A stretch of 63,985 bases of DNA, filler included, from Octopus bimaculoides (Eukaryota): assembly GCF_001194135.2 (NCBI RefSeq). It is 10 parts of 6 records of this genome, joined end to end, with 100 filler letters (N's around TTAATTAATTAA, not from the genome) between each part and the next. Parts side by side here need not be neighbours in the genome. Positions count along the whole stretch, not along the records: positions 24,936 to 37,722 come from NC_068984.1; positions 37,823 to 42,648 come from NC_068996.1; positions 42,749 to 49,768 come from NC_068984.1; 7 more parts are not named here. One strand, 5' to 3'. The notes beneath the pieces were generated by a model. The model saw only the letters and a program-made list of their open reading frames with translations. It made no database searches and was not told the origin of the DNA. The position numbers and the translations under genes were made by a program. Shown here one piece after another: positions 37,205-49,420 of the stretch (the stretch's first letter is position 1; each line of letters starts with the position of its first letter).

Positions 37205-37642
37205 CGCGAATTGTTAGAAAGGACCACAAAAGTACAGCTCCCAAAATTACTGCAAAGCTTAATAACCTCCTCGAAAACACAGTCTTATGTCAGGTGAATG
37301 CACTTCGAACACGCGGTACACTAATGAATAGGAGACCCTGGAAAACGTGGAACGCGACAGACAAACTTTGATACGGAGTCCGAATCGCTCTGCTCGGACG
37401 ATTTGAAGGAAGCTATTCGCGTGGAAGTCGCCCAAGCAATGTTGGAGAGTGGAGGCCAACTTCCAAGAATGCCTTCAGAAATACATCAGTGAAAACGGAC
37501 ACCACATGAGGGATGTTGTTTTCCATATTGGTTTTTGACAAATTCTAATACGAACACATTGATGTCAATAAAATTTGTTTGCAGCTAAAATTAATGATTT
37601 TGTGTATTTTTCAAAAACGTCCGTCCTCTCTGCCCCACCCTG
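37205..37642 (+). mobile_element. Tc1/mariner remnant: HTH-region fragment plus degenerate C-terminus and right TIR ending CCCCACCCTG|TA
   Basis: RIVRKDHKSTAPKITAKLNNLLENTV; ...DDLKEAIR..AMLE.VEANFQECLQKYISENGHHMRDVVF; TA after the TIR. Confidence 0.75.
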
Positions 37643-37722
37643 TAAATGCATAAAATACACACACACATATATAGAAGATCAGACATTACGTATGGGATGA
37701 CCTGGTATATATATATATATAT

Positions 37723-37822
37723 NNNNNNNNNNNNNNNNNNNNNNNNNNNNNNNNNNNNNNNNNNNNTTAATTAATTAANNNNNNNNNNNNNNNNNNNNNN
37801 NNNNNNNNNNNNNNNNNNNNNN
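37723..37822. other. Assembly linker
   Basis: N44-TTAATTAATTAA-N44. Confidence 0.97.
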
Positions 37823-37842
37823 TATATATATATATATATATA

Positions 37843-38289
37843 TATTATTACAAATTTGGGATTTTACCAATAGGACCATAACTTCAATTTCAGGACAACC
37901 TTATTTTCTGGAGTACACATAGAAAGTTATATCCAAAATACTAATCTAATAATATAATCATTTTAAATCCTACTATATCATACAATAAAATAAAGTACAT
38001 TAGAATTAATTATAGATTATTTAAAAAAAATTTTTTAAATATATATATACCTTACCTGTTATTTGTCTGTGAGGAAAGAAGATAATATTAATCAACGCTA
38101 CATGTGTTTATCTAATTTTTAATTGATTCTAATGTACTTTATTATATTGTATGATATAGTAGGATTTAAAATGATTATATTATTAGATTAGTATTTTGGA
38201 TATAACTTTCTATGTGTACTCTAGTAAATAAGGTTATCCTGCAATTTAAGTTGTGGTCCTATTGGTAAAACCCCAAATTTGTAATAATA
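37843..38289. repeat. Long inverted repeat (arms 37843-38011 and 38121-38289, ~109-bp spacer); fold-back element
   Basis: About 9 mismatches counted by eye over ~169 bp; one ~77-bp stretch is perfectly complementary. Confidence 0.92.
38056..38066 (-). other. Candidate 11-nt microexon ACAAATAACAG in the loop of the inverted repeat
   Basis: Minus strand TATTATCTTCTTTCCTCACAG|ACAAATAACAG|GTAAGG: strong acceptor and donor. Confidence 0.35.
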
Positions 38290-38407
38290 ATTATAATTGA
38301 TACTGTTTGCTTTGCATTAGTAAAATGTAAAATAGTAAATATCCTGATAACCTGGAATAATTATTATTCCCTAAGTTTTTTAAAATTTTATATATTATAC
38401 ATATATA

Positions 38408-38533
38408 CAGGGTGTCCACAAAGTTTGGGTACATAGGGATTAATACATACTTTAAGAAATTATTATTTCTTATATTTAATTGTTTATGTCATTATTTTAT
38501 TTACTCCATGTACCCAGACTTTGTGGACACCCT
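38408..38533. mobile_element. Tc1/mariner-type MITE (~126 bp)
   Basis: TIRs CAGGGTGTCCACAAAGTTTGGGTACAT / ATGTACCCAGACTTTGTGGACACCCT; TA context. Confidence 0.88.
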
Positions 38534-38539
38534 ACACTC

Positions 38540-38820
38540 GCAGACTTTCGCACGCGCACCGATATTCATCTCCCTTTTTCACTCTCCTATCTTAGAAAGA
38601 ACTTTTCCCCCACCACCTCCTCTTCCGTTCTTTTCATCATGTAACCTCGTGGGCATCGGTACCATTTTCCTCTTTCTCCGTTCTTCCATTCTCCGAACTT
38701 TCCATCTTTCCGACGAAGGGCTACGCCCGAAACGTCATACACTCTCTCTTTCCTTTCCTAAGCGTCCAATAATACTATCCATATCACGTCCTCACTTTGT
38801 TGTTTTTTTGTTTTTTTATT
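38540..38820 (+). mobile_element. Possible Penelope-like terminal repeat fragment with degenerate hammerhead motif (38710-38736)
   Basis: CCGACGA-A-GGGC-TAC-GCCC-GAAACGTC in pyrimidine-rich sequence. Confidence 0.45.
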
Positions 38821-40344
38821 ANNNNNNNNNNNNNNNNNNNNNNNNNNNNNNNNNNNNNNNNNNNNNNNNNNNNNNNNNNNNNNNNNNNNNNNNNNNNNNN
38901 NNNNNNNNNNNNNNNNNNNNNNNNNNNNNNNNNNNNNNNNNNNNNNNNNNNNNNNNNNNNNNNNNNNNNNNNNNNNNNNNNNNNNNNNNNNNNNNNNNNN
39001 NNNNNNNNNNNNNNNNNNNNNNNNNNNNNNNNNNNNNNNNNNNNNNNNNNNNNNNNNNNNNNNNNNNNNNNNNNNNNNNNNNNNNNNNNNNNNNNNNNNN
39101 NNNNNNNNNNNNNNNNNNNNNNNNNNNNNNNNNNNNNNNNNNNNNNNNNNNNNNNNNNNNNNNNNNNNNNNNNNNNNNNNNNNNNNNNNNNNNNNNNNNN
39201 NNNNNNNNNNNNNNNNNNNNNNNNNNNNNNNNNNNNNNNNNNNNNNNNNNNNNNNNNNNTAATGTATATGAAATAAACTTAATTTCAATAGTGGGTAGAG
39301 AGAATAAAATCGTTTCAAATGTAAATTTTAATTTACTTTTATTTTGGAAAAAAAGAAAGAAAGAAAGAAAAAATGTATCTTTTTTTTTTTTGCATGTTTT
39401 AGATTTATCTGAAATCTACATATTTACATTAATAAAAGAACCTGTATTTCAGCTATTGTGGAATTCTTAACACGAAATAGTTTTACTACCAAACATATCA
39501 GAGTTTAGTAAACACACATAATTCAGATGTCACTCAACCTGCAGAAAACAACAGTCAAAACTCTCACAAATCCACCCCAAGATTACAACTGTATATTGAA
39601 CAATGCAATTCCTGATAAAAAAAATAACAGGATTGCTACGAGTGGAATGCTTTACGTCATATCTTTTACAAGTTGTGAAAAAAATATGACTTGGATTTTA
39701 GCCTATGGATTATATTTTAAGAATTTAGAAACTTCAAAAATGTGAAATATTTCTTTCTTGGAATAGTGAATCTGGAAGCAAATAAAGCTATAAATAATGG
39801 TTTAAAATTTTGGTACAAGGTCAGGAATTTCAGGGGATGGGTGCCTGGTGTAGCCATCTGGTTCGCCAGTCCTCAGTCAAATTGTCCAACCCATGCTAGC
39901 ATGGAAAGCGGACATTAAACGATGACGATAATGATGATGACACTTATGTGAGTATATAGATGTAAAACAAGGTGCAGAAAATAGTACTCTAACACTAAAG
40001 ATTGAGTAAAATATTTTATAAAACTATAAAACTCTGTTACTCAGAGTTTCACATAATCATTTCTCATGAGCATTCAACTGTCTGACGAACAGTTATGTGG
40101 AATTCTGAGCAACAGTTTGTCAAGTTTTTCCACTTCAATAAAGTGTAGCTAATTTGAACAAAATTAGATGATGCAAATGAAAGAAAGATCCAACCATGTA
40201 ATAGAATTAATTTCCAGCTGAGACTTCATATTTTGTATATTCTCAGGCATTAAAAGAAATGTGTCAAACAGCAATCATCATCATCATTTAACATCTATTT
40301 TCCATGCTGGCATGATATACAATATATGTATATATATATATATA

Positions 40345-40747
40345 GGCGCAGGAGTGGCTGTGTGGTAAGTAGCTTGCTTACCAACCACATGGTTCCGGGT
40401 TCAGTCCCACTACATGGCACCTTGGGCAAGTGTCTTCTACTATAGTCTCGGGCCGACCAAAGCCTTGTGAGTGGATCTAGTAGACGGAAACTGAAAGAAG
40501 CCCATTGTTTATATGTATGTGTATATATATTTGTGTCTGTGTTTGTCCCCCCCCCAACATTGATTGACAACTGATGCTGGTGTGTTTACATCCCCATAAC
40601 TTAGCGGTTCGGCAAAAAGGGACCGATAGAATAAGTACTAGGCTTACAAAGAATAAATCCCGGGGTCGATTTGCTCGACTAAAGGCGGTGCTCCAGCATG
40701 GCCACAGTCAAATGACTGAAACAAGTAAAAGAGTAAAAAGAGAAAAG
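40345..40747 (+). mobile_element. Type-A SINE, full length
   Basis: GGCGCAGGAGTGGCTGTGTGGTAAG...GAAACAAGTAAAAGAGTAAAAAG. Confidence 0.92.
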
Positions 40748-42648
40748 ATANNNNNNNNNNNNNNNNNNNNNNNNNNNNNNNNNNNNNNNNNNNNNNNNNN
40801 NNNNNNNNNNNNNNNNNNNNNNNNNNNNNNNNNNNNNNNNNNNNNNNNNNNNTATATATATATATATATATATATATATGAAGTGCTGAATATGCACAAT
40901 AACCATAAGGACCTCGTGCTTTGGCTGGAACATGTAACTCCATATACCTGCCAGGTATTCTAAAACATTTCAGTAACAATTTCCTACTTATGTCGAAATT
41001 ATAGACATCAAATGCATGTTAACAAAAGAAAGTTTTTGCTATTTAGAGCTCTCATTAGTACTGTGTAAGTCTGTCTGACTTTTAACCATTAGCCATTTTA
41101 AAATATTCCAACAAACATTACTGGTAGTAGTCACAAAATGATATTTTCTCTGAATGGGTGTTTGTGGTAGAATTCCCATGAAACAATATTTTTTTTTTTT
41201 TTCTGAGATAAAAAAATTATACCAATTGTTACTCTGACTGATTATGTGATTTGGTATCTTCTAAACTCTTGTAAATAATTTCGGAGCTTATGATATTCTT
41301 TCTTTATTCCTTAAAAGACCAGATGTACTTTGATCAACTCATTTTCAATATTGAATTCAGTCACTTTTGCAATTTGTCTTTGTTACATCTAACTGTTGTG
41401 GAAAATAATCAAATACTATTTCTATTATGCTATCATTATTTCCATTATTGATTCTGTGCCAAAATCAAGAATTATCAGACTATTCAACAAAATGCTTTGT
41501 GGTATTTAGTTAAGGCTCAAGCCCATTATGTCCTGGGTCCATTGATGTCAACCATACCTGACATTTTTTTTTTTTTTTTTGGTATTAATTAAATAAATCC
41601 CAGTAAAGCACTGGGGTCAATGCATTTAATTGTTCCTTCCCCAACCAGAAAAATTCCTGGTTTTGTGAGCAGTGGATTATCAGAATCATAAGCGCATTGG
41701 ACAGAATCCTTTACAATATTTGCTGCAGCCAAGACAGTGAGCTGGTAGTTTTGTTAGTGCACTGGACAAAATGCTTAATAGAATTTTGTCCATCTTTACA
41801 TTCTGAGTTCAAATTCCGCCAGGATTGACTTTTGGTACAAGGCCAGTTCAAATTCCTCCAAGATTGACTTTGCCTTTCATCTTTTCAGGGTCGATAAAAT
41901 AAGTACCAGATGAGCACTGGGTTTGATGTAGCTGACTTTACCCCATTTCCCGAAATTGCTGGCCTTGTGCCAAAATGGGAAACCAATATTTGTTCCAGCA
42001 CTTTGTATTTTAAGTTCAAATCCTAGCAAGGTCAGCTTTGCCTTTCATCCTCCCAGGATCGATAAAATAAAGAACCAATCAAGTTTTAGGATTGATATCA
42101 TTGACTAACCCTTCCACCCACCTCTCCAAATTGTACTTCAGTTAAAAAACAGTTATTGTTATTGTCTTGTTTTTATTGAATTCATATTTCTATATCCCTC
42201 CATCATACTTCACCTATTTCTTCATTTTCATCTTCTTCCTTCACTACATCTTCTACATGTTTCTTCTTCCTCCTCATCCTTTCACCCTCCTTCTTTCTCT
42301 TACACATTCTTTATCTGTTTTTTTTTTTGTTTTTTTTTTCAAATCTTTTCCTTCTCTTTAAACTACAATCTGCTGGCTTTCAGCCAACCATATTCTCCGC
42401 GTTGTTTTTTGCATCTGTCTATGACCTGTTGAAATATTACTTTTTCTCAGGAGACTCTGCCACCTTCATGTTGCCATACTTTGATAACTACCGATGATAA
42501 GCATCAGCGAGTAATACTGTTTACTTTTATGGTTTCCGAAAATCCTGCTGCAAAAAAAAACAAAAAAAAAACAATCAAATCAATAATACTAAAAATGATC
42601 TAGGTAACTTATTTAATATTGAACTTGTGATAAATGTGTCTCCATATA

Positions 42649-42748
42649 NNNNNNNNNNNNNNNNNNNNNNNNNNNNNNNNNNNNNNNNNNNNTTAATTAA
42701 TTAANNNNNNNNNNNNNNNNNNNNNNNNNNNNNNNNNNNNNNNNNNNN
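42649..42748. other. Assembly linker
   Basis: N44-TTAATTAATTAA-N44. Confidence 0.97.
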
Positions 42749-42785
<37 letters not shown>

Positions 42786-43044
42786 TTGAATTGCTAGGAG
42801 GATCTCCTCGAGTAAAATTTAGTTACAAGCAGTGCTTCCGAGAGAAATTTAGCAAGGCGAAACAAAAATAGCTTTTGCTATTCAAAGGGTTTCATAGTAA
42901 AAAATGGTTGAGAAATACTGTTCAAGAGATTATCTTCCTTTCTCATTGGGAACAATTGTCACTAGGCATTTATTTGCCCCCTCTGAAAGCGAAAATAATT
43001 TCAGTAAATCAAGGATTTATCTTCCATGATATTTAGTACACCAA

Positions 43045-43256
43045 GGCGGCGAGTTGGCAGAAACGTTAGCAAACCGGGCGAAATGCTTAGCGGTATTTCG
43101 TCTGTCTTTAGGTTCTGAGTTCAAATTCCACCGGGGTCGACTTTGCCATTCATTCTTTCGGGGTCGATAAATTAAGTACCAGTTGCGTACTGGGGTCTAT
43201 CTAATCGACTGGCCCCCTCTCCAAAGATTTCGGGCCTTGTGCCTAGAGTAGAAAAG
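43045..43256 (+). mobile_element. Type-D SINE, near full length, with TSD-like flanks GATATTTAGTA(C/T)ACCA
   Basis: Direct reading; 16-bp flank repeat with one mismatch. Confidence 0.88.
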
Positions 43257-43785
43257 GATATTTAGTATACCATTATTTGTCCTTGTTTAAAAAAATACAT
43301 ACTTAGCTTGGATTTGAAAATAGGCATTTGAAAGTCACGGAGCTTTCGGCAGCCATGAGTCAGTGTCTAACCGAATTTGGTCTTTTTCTTTCTCGAGACT
43401 CGTCGGAGATCACTTGTGTCAGGGATGTTATTGCTATGTAATCTGAGATCAGTTCTGATAAAATAGAACTGTAGCATACAGGGAAATAGACTAACGAGAC
43501 CCATAGTCTTCCATATTTACGAGTGTATAAATCTCGCTATTTTACACTCGATTTTAACTGAAAGAAGCAGAAAGAATGGTATGTGACTTTACACGGGGTA
43601 AAGCGAAAACTATAAGGGCAAAATATGTTCTATTAAGATTTAACACTAAATTAGGGGTGCGGCTTATACTCGAGTAAACAAGGCAATTATTTCAGATATA
43701 TCATCTTCTCAACAAAGGTCTAGGAGAGAGAGATTCAACCGGCTCAGCCAAGAATTGGGGCTCAAGGCTCAGCACACTTGTATTT

Positions 43786-44100
43786 GTGGAGGCACATGGC
43801 CTAATGGCTAGAGCAACGGACTCGCTGTCGAGGGATCGCGGGTTCGGATCTCAGACCGGGCGATGTGTGTGTGTGTGTTTATGAGCGAAACACCTAAGCT
43901 CCACGCGGCTCCGGCAGAAGGTAGTGGTGAACCTCGGCTGACTCTTTCACCACGACTTTCTGTCATTCTTTCCTCCTGTATCTAGCAGCTCACCTGCGAT
44001 GGATCGGTGCCCCGTCCAGGTGGGAAACCTATAAGCCAATGAAACCAGGAAACCGGCCCTTATGAGCCAGGCATCGTTCGGCAAGGAACAAACAACAACA
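43786..44100 (+). mobile_element. Type-C SINE with (ACA)n tail and 12-bp TSD ACACTTGTATTT
   Basis: TSD at 43774-43785 and 44101-44112. Confidence 0.88.
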
Positions 44101-44135
44101 ACACTTGTATTTTGAGAGAAACTCTCCATTTCAGA

Positions 44136-44347
44136 ACTCTTTACTCTCTTTTTCTACTCCTTTACTTGTTTCAGTCATTTGACTGCGGCCATCCTGGAGC
44201 ACCGCCTTTAGTCGAAGAACTCGATCCCAGGACTTATTCTTTGTAAGCCTAGTACTTATTCTATCAGTCTCCTTTTGCCGAACCACTACGAGGACGTAAA
44301 CACACCAGCATCGGTTGTCAAGCAATGTTGGGGACAAACATTTACAC

Positions 44348-44396
<49 letters not shown>

Positions 44397-44559
44397 CGAC
44401 GGGCTTCTTTCAGTTTCCGTCTACCAAATCCACTCACAAGGCTTTGGTCGGCCTGAGGCTATAGTAGAAGACACTTGCCCAAGGTGTGACGCAGTGGGAC
44501 TGAACTCGGAATCATGTAGTTGGTAAGCAAGCTACTTACCACACAGCCACTCCTGCGCC
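44136..44559 (-). mobile_element. Type-A SINE, full length
   Basis: Reverse complement of 40345-40747. Confidence 0.92.
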
Positions 44560-45071
44560 TGGAACCTATTTTTGTCTCGTCTTGCTAAATCTCTCTCGGA
44601 GGCACAGCATGCAACTAAATGAGGACCGTACTGTTCATTCTGACATGCTATAAATAATCGAATGGAGGTGTGGTGCTATAGTTTGGACTTGCTGTAGTCT
44701 CTCCACTATTCTTTCTACTTCTGCTGTTGTTCTTGTTGTTTTTAGCACCAGGTAAACTTTGCTTGAACAGATCTATAATTAAGGGCGTTCCATCCATGAC
44801 AAAACTGTATTTTGCACATTCATTCCCTATGGGTGCAGGCCAGGCTGAGTAGTAAGAGGTATGCTTCTCAACCACACGGTTCCGGGTTCAGTCCCACTGC
44901 GTGGCGCAACTCGGGCAAGTGTCTTTCACTATAGCCTCAAGCCGATCAAAGCCTTGTGAGTAGATTTGGTGGACGGAAACTGAAAGAATCCCGTCGTATA
45001 TTTATGAGCGTGTGTCTGTCTGCATGATTTCTTTTCTTTAAGACGTTATCTTTTATCTTTTACTTGTCATT

Positions 45072-45552
45072 AGACCGTTGTGAGTGTTTATTGAGCGAAA
45101 ACACCTGAAGCTCCACGAGGCTCCGGCAGGGGATGGTGGCGAACCCTGCTGTACTCTTTCACCACAACTTTCTCTCACACTTACTTCCTGTTTCTGTTGT
45201 GCCTGTAATAAAAAAAATTAAAAAATAGAACAAAACTTTTCAAATATATAAATAAAGTGGAAGTATACAAAAATAAACATTATTTTCCATCTTACTGATA
45301 GTTTTGTTTCATTTTGAAAACTAAAAATTTACTCTTACTTCCTGTTTCTGTTGTGTCTGTAATTCAAAGGGTCAGCCTTGTCACGCTGTGTCACACTGTG
45401 TCACGCTGAATATCCCTGAGAACTACGTTAAGGGTACACGTGTCTGTGGAGTGCTCAGCCACTTGCACGTTAATTTCACGAGCAGGCTGTTCCGTTGATC
45501 GGATCAACTGGAACCCTCGACGTCGTAAGCGACGGAGTGCGAACAACAACAA
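45072..45552 (+). mobile_element. Type-C2 SINE interrupted by a ~125-bp AT-rich insert with local duplication of CTTACTTCCTGTTTCTGTTGTG
   Basis: Duplicated segment at ~45180-45202 and ~45335-45357; (AAC)n tail. Confidence 0.8.
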
Positions 45553-46479
45553 TGTGCGTCTGGATATTTTAATGAAAACGACAGACTGAAACAGCGAGCT
45601 GCATATGACTACATACTCTTTCACGTTTCGTTGTAGTGGTGGTATATACTATTGATCCCTGTGTACAACATGTGATAACATGCGTTTTGAAACTTGAAAT
45701 TTGTCGTAGAGAGATGGGGGGGGGGAGCAGGGCTGGTATTATATATGATGGTTGTAAGATTTTGCTTGTATGTCATTCTTGGTTCCGGTTTCTGTAGGCA
45801 TGATGATGTACCCGAGATTTGTGTGATAGTTTGCTTTCTTTACCATGTATATATATATATATATATATNNNNNNNNNNNNNNNNNNNNNNNNNNNNNNNN
45901 NNNNNNNNNNNNNNNNNNNNNNNNNNNNNNNNNNNNNNNNNNNNNNNNNNNNNNNNNNNNNNNNNNNNNNNNNNNNNNNNNNNNNNNNNNNNNNNNNNNN
46001 NNNNNNNNNNNNNNNNNNNNNNNNNNNNNNNNNNNNNNNNNNNNNNNNNNNNNNNNNNNNNNNNNNNNNNNNNNNNNNNNNNNNNNNNNNNNNNNNNNNN
46101 NNNNNNNNNNNNNNNNNNNNNNNNNNNNNNNNNNNNNNNNNNNNNNNNNNNNNNNNNNNNNNNNNNNNNNNNNNNNNNNNNNNNNNNNNNNNNNNNNNNN
46201 NNNNNNNNNNNNNNNNNNNNNNNNNNNNNNNNNNNNNNNNNNNNNNNNNNNNNNNNNNNNNNNNNNNNNNNNNNNNNNNNNNNNNNNNNNNNNNNNNNNN
46301 NNNNNNNNNNNNNNNNNNNNNNNNNNNNNNNNNNNNNNNNNNNNNNNNNNNNNNNNNNNNNNNNNNNNNNNNNNNNNNNNNNNNNNNNNNNNNNNNNNNN
46401 NNNNNNNNNNNNNNNNNNNNNNNNNNNNNNNNNNNNNNNNNNNNNNNNNNNNNNNNNNNNNNNNNNNNNNNNNNNNNNN

Positions 46480-46517
<38 letters not shown>

Positions 46518-47813
46518 CTGGGGCTTGTTGACCACTACTTAGAACAGCGTTCTACGAGAGCCCTGCTATGTTGACCTGCAGAAACATTCTCAATTGTTTA
46601 CTAAACTCACCCACAGTGAATTTCTAAAGTTACCATTGGTCAGGGTTGACCATTTATTTGCAAATGGTTGTGCAGGCCTGGATAAAGTATTTCTTTTGGG
46701 AAACTATCAGTTACTCGCGCATGCGTATCTCTTCTCACCACTGCAGTGATGTTGCCTAAGGGAAAGGCTATTGCTTTAGGGCTGATACAGCTCTTTGTAA
46801 TAGTGGGGGTCGAAGGCGTTGCTGTGAGAATGCAAAGGGTGGGAACTAACCTCGCAAAGCATCTCTTCTGCCCTGAATGAGGACTTCTTTATCGATTCTG
46901 AACGGTTGAAAAGTAAAGTTGACCTCAACGGGATCTGAACTCAGAGCGTGGATAGTGGCAAAAATACCCCGAAATAACCTATTCAACACTTTAACAACTT
47001 GGTCATTTAATTGCTGATTAAGCACAACGCAAATGAACGTGGAGAAGACATTGGTATTAAGGGTCAAAATAATAGAGGTAATTAGTATCGAAACGAGTCG
47101 GCAACATTGTTACAGAACAACGTGCTTGAAGATCACACATCCATATTAAGTAAATTAGGTAAACACGTTGTTTTACACGTCCGCTAATAGATGAATAATT
47201 AGAAATAACGCAAATATACCCTTAATTATCAAGTTACACAACCACGTGTTTCTCAATTGCTTCCTGCTAATCTCATATTACATAATACAAATTTCGTTAT
47301 TTAGCCCGCTTTTTCACTCGCCCTCGAAGAACAATAAAATTGGAATGATAAACAATGCTAGCAATTAGTATTTCTTGTATTCAGAATTCAACTGCACAAA
47401 ATATTCAGTAATTAGCAGTCTTTCCGGTTATGCCGGCGAACTAGACATTGTGACATTTAACAAATTCTCTTTAAAATGATGATGAGAGAAAACGATCTTT
47501 TTTCCTTAGTTTGTTTACGATAGTTTCATATCTAATGATCTTGAAATGACATACGCGTCAATTCGTTTACATTTCCCAATACAGTGAATCTGGTAAAAAT
47601 TAAACGTGATGACATCCCCGCCATTGTTAAGGTCAAAAGAAGTAAAAAGTAAATTGTTATAAATATAGACTCGCACATGGCAGACGGGCCAAAATTAGGA
47701 TAGATATTTATAAATAAAAATATTCACGTTTTAACGACAAAACCTATTTTAGAGCCGGTCAAACTAAATGCAAATTAAAATGCGTCGCCGTTTGCAGCTC
47801 AAATCGGTTAAGA

Positions 47814-48770
47814 AAGGACAGTGATATAAGTATTTGGGGATACTGGAAGCAGATGAAATAAAACATGAAGAAATGAAACAAATTACCAGTAGAAAGTATA
47901 CAAGGAGAACGAGAAAATTATTGCAGTCAAAGCTGTATTCAGAAAACGTTGTTGAAACAATAAATGCAAAAGCAGTACCTCTGATCAGATATGGAGTTGG
48001 AGTTGTAGACTGGACCAAAAACGACACAGAAACTTGAGAGGAAAACATGGAATCTGCTGACAGTGTATGGAGCCTATCATCTGAAAGCTGATATCAACCG
48101 GCTGTACCCGAAAAGAGGCCAGGGTGGAAGAGGCTTAATTGCCGTAGAAGAGCGTGTATAGATGGGAAAAAAGAAAGCTTAATAGAAAACTTACAGAACA
48201 GCACAGAGAAACTACTAAAGACAGTGAATAAGGAAGAAGCGATCAAGTATGGAATAAGGAATAATTGATTAAATTCAAAGACAGATTGAAGAGAAATTCA
48301 AAGAGAGCACGTGAGAGAGATTGAAGAGAGAGCCACTAAAGATGTATGCGGAACAAAATCCTGAGCTTGGTTTAAAAAGAGGGTAAATAAGAAAAGAAAC
48401 AGAGCCTGATTGTAGTAGTCCAGGATCAAGCGATATAAACAAACGACTACCCACATATAAAGTCTACCAGGAATACGAACGAACCTGAGTCAAATCAATA
48501 AGATCAGTAAATATAAAGACTTGCAGGATCTCTAGGACTGATAAAAAAAGGGTACTGAAACCTATTTGAAAATGATACCAGGCTTACCATCCCTACAGGA
48601 AGTGTAAAAAATCGTGTTAACTGGAACGACTCATGTACTGAGAAGAGCATTATCGCTGTGAAAACAACATCCATTCATGAATTTATTTATTTATTTATTA
48701 TTATGATAGGTGTGTTGGGCTTCGTATATTTTACTCCACTGTCACTTTGATGGCATGCACTGCTCTCTCA
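47814..48770 (+). mobile_element. Degenerate R4/Dong-like LINE 3' portion (late RT to C-terminus, internally deleted, stops/frameshifts)
   Basis: YKYLGILEADEIKHEEMK...INAKAVPLIRYGVGVVDWT; DINRLYPKRGQGGRGLIAVEE; IVLTGTTHVLRRALSL*. Confidence 0.8.
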
Positions 48771-48803
48771 CTCAACAACAACAATAATAATAGTAATAAT
48801 AAT

Positions 48804-49097
48804 AAATTTGAAAAGACACCAGGTACTCCGAATTGAAAGTGGAAATGGCAAGACTGTATGGAATGCGAGAAGGTAATGTAAAAGCGATACCAGTGGTGAT
48901 CGGAGCATTGGGCTTAATCCCACTGAAACTTCAAGACTTCTCAAGGCAACTGGAAATCCCATGCAAGATTGATGTCTTTCAAAAAGCAGCATTATTGGGC
49001 ACAGTATTAAGAAAAGTATTATCTGTCTGTGGTCCTTGTTGTGACTGGACAGATGACTAAAAACTCCGGTGCATTTTTACCTACACTGTGTTACGAA
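48804..49097 (+). mobile_element. R4/Dong-like LINE 3' end flanked by (TAA)n on both sides
   Basis: EMARLYGM...IPVVIGALGLIP...FQKAALLGTVLRKVLSV; (TAG)n(TAA)n tail. Confidence 0.8.
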
Positions 49098-49420
49098 GTA
49101 GTAGTAGTAGTAGTAATAGTGATAATAATAATAATAATAATGGTTTCAAATTTCAGCACAAGGCCAGCAAGTTACAAAGCAAGGTAAATCGAATAAATGA
49201 AGCCCTCCCCCGTGTTCAGCTAGTACTTATTTTATCGACCCTGAAAAGATGAAAGGCAAAGGCAACGTCGATGATATTTGAAGTGTTATTTATATTATAA
49301 TATTCTATGTGTGTTAAGAATAATCTATAACAATGATACCTGTTGGTATCATTGGATAGCTAGCTAGTTAGATATATCTCACTAGCTAGCTATCCATATA
49401 TGTATGTATGTATATATATA

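Noticed and set aside
42450-42510. AG|ETLPPSCCHTLITTDDKHQR|GT as RECK CC1 exon
   Set aside because: Lacks the required C-x3-C after CC; weak donor.
46540-46850. FLQVNIAGL as start of a LINE endonuclease (minus)
   Set aside because: Single short motif followed by a stop; not enough to call.
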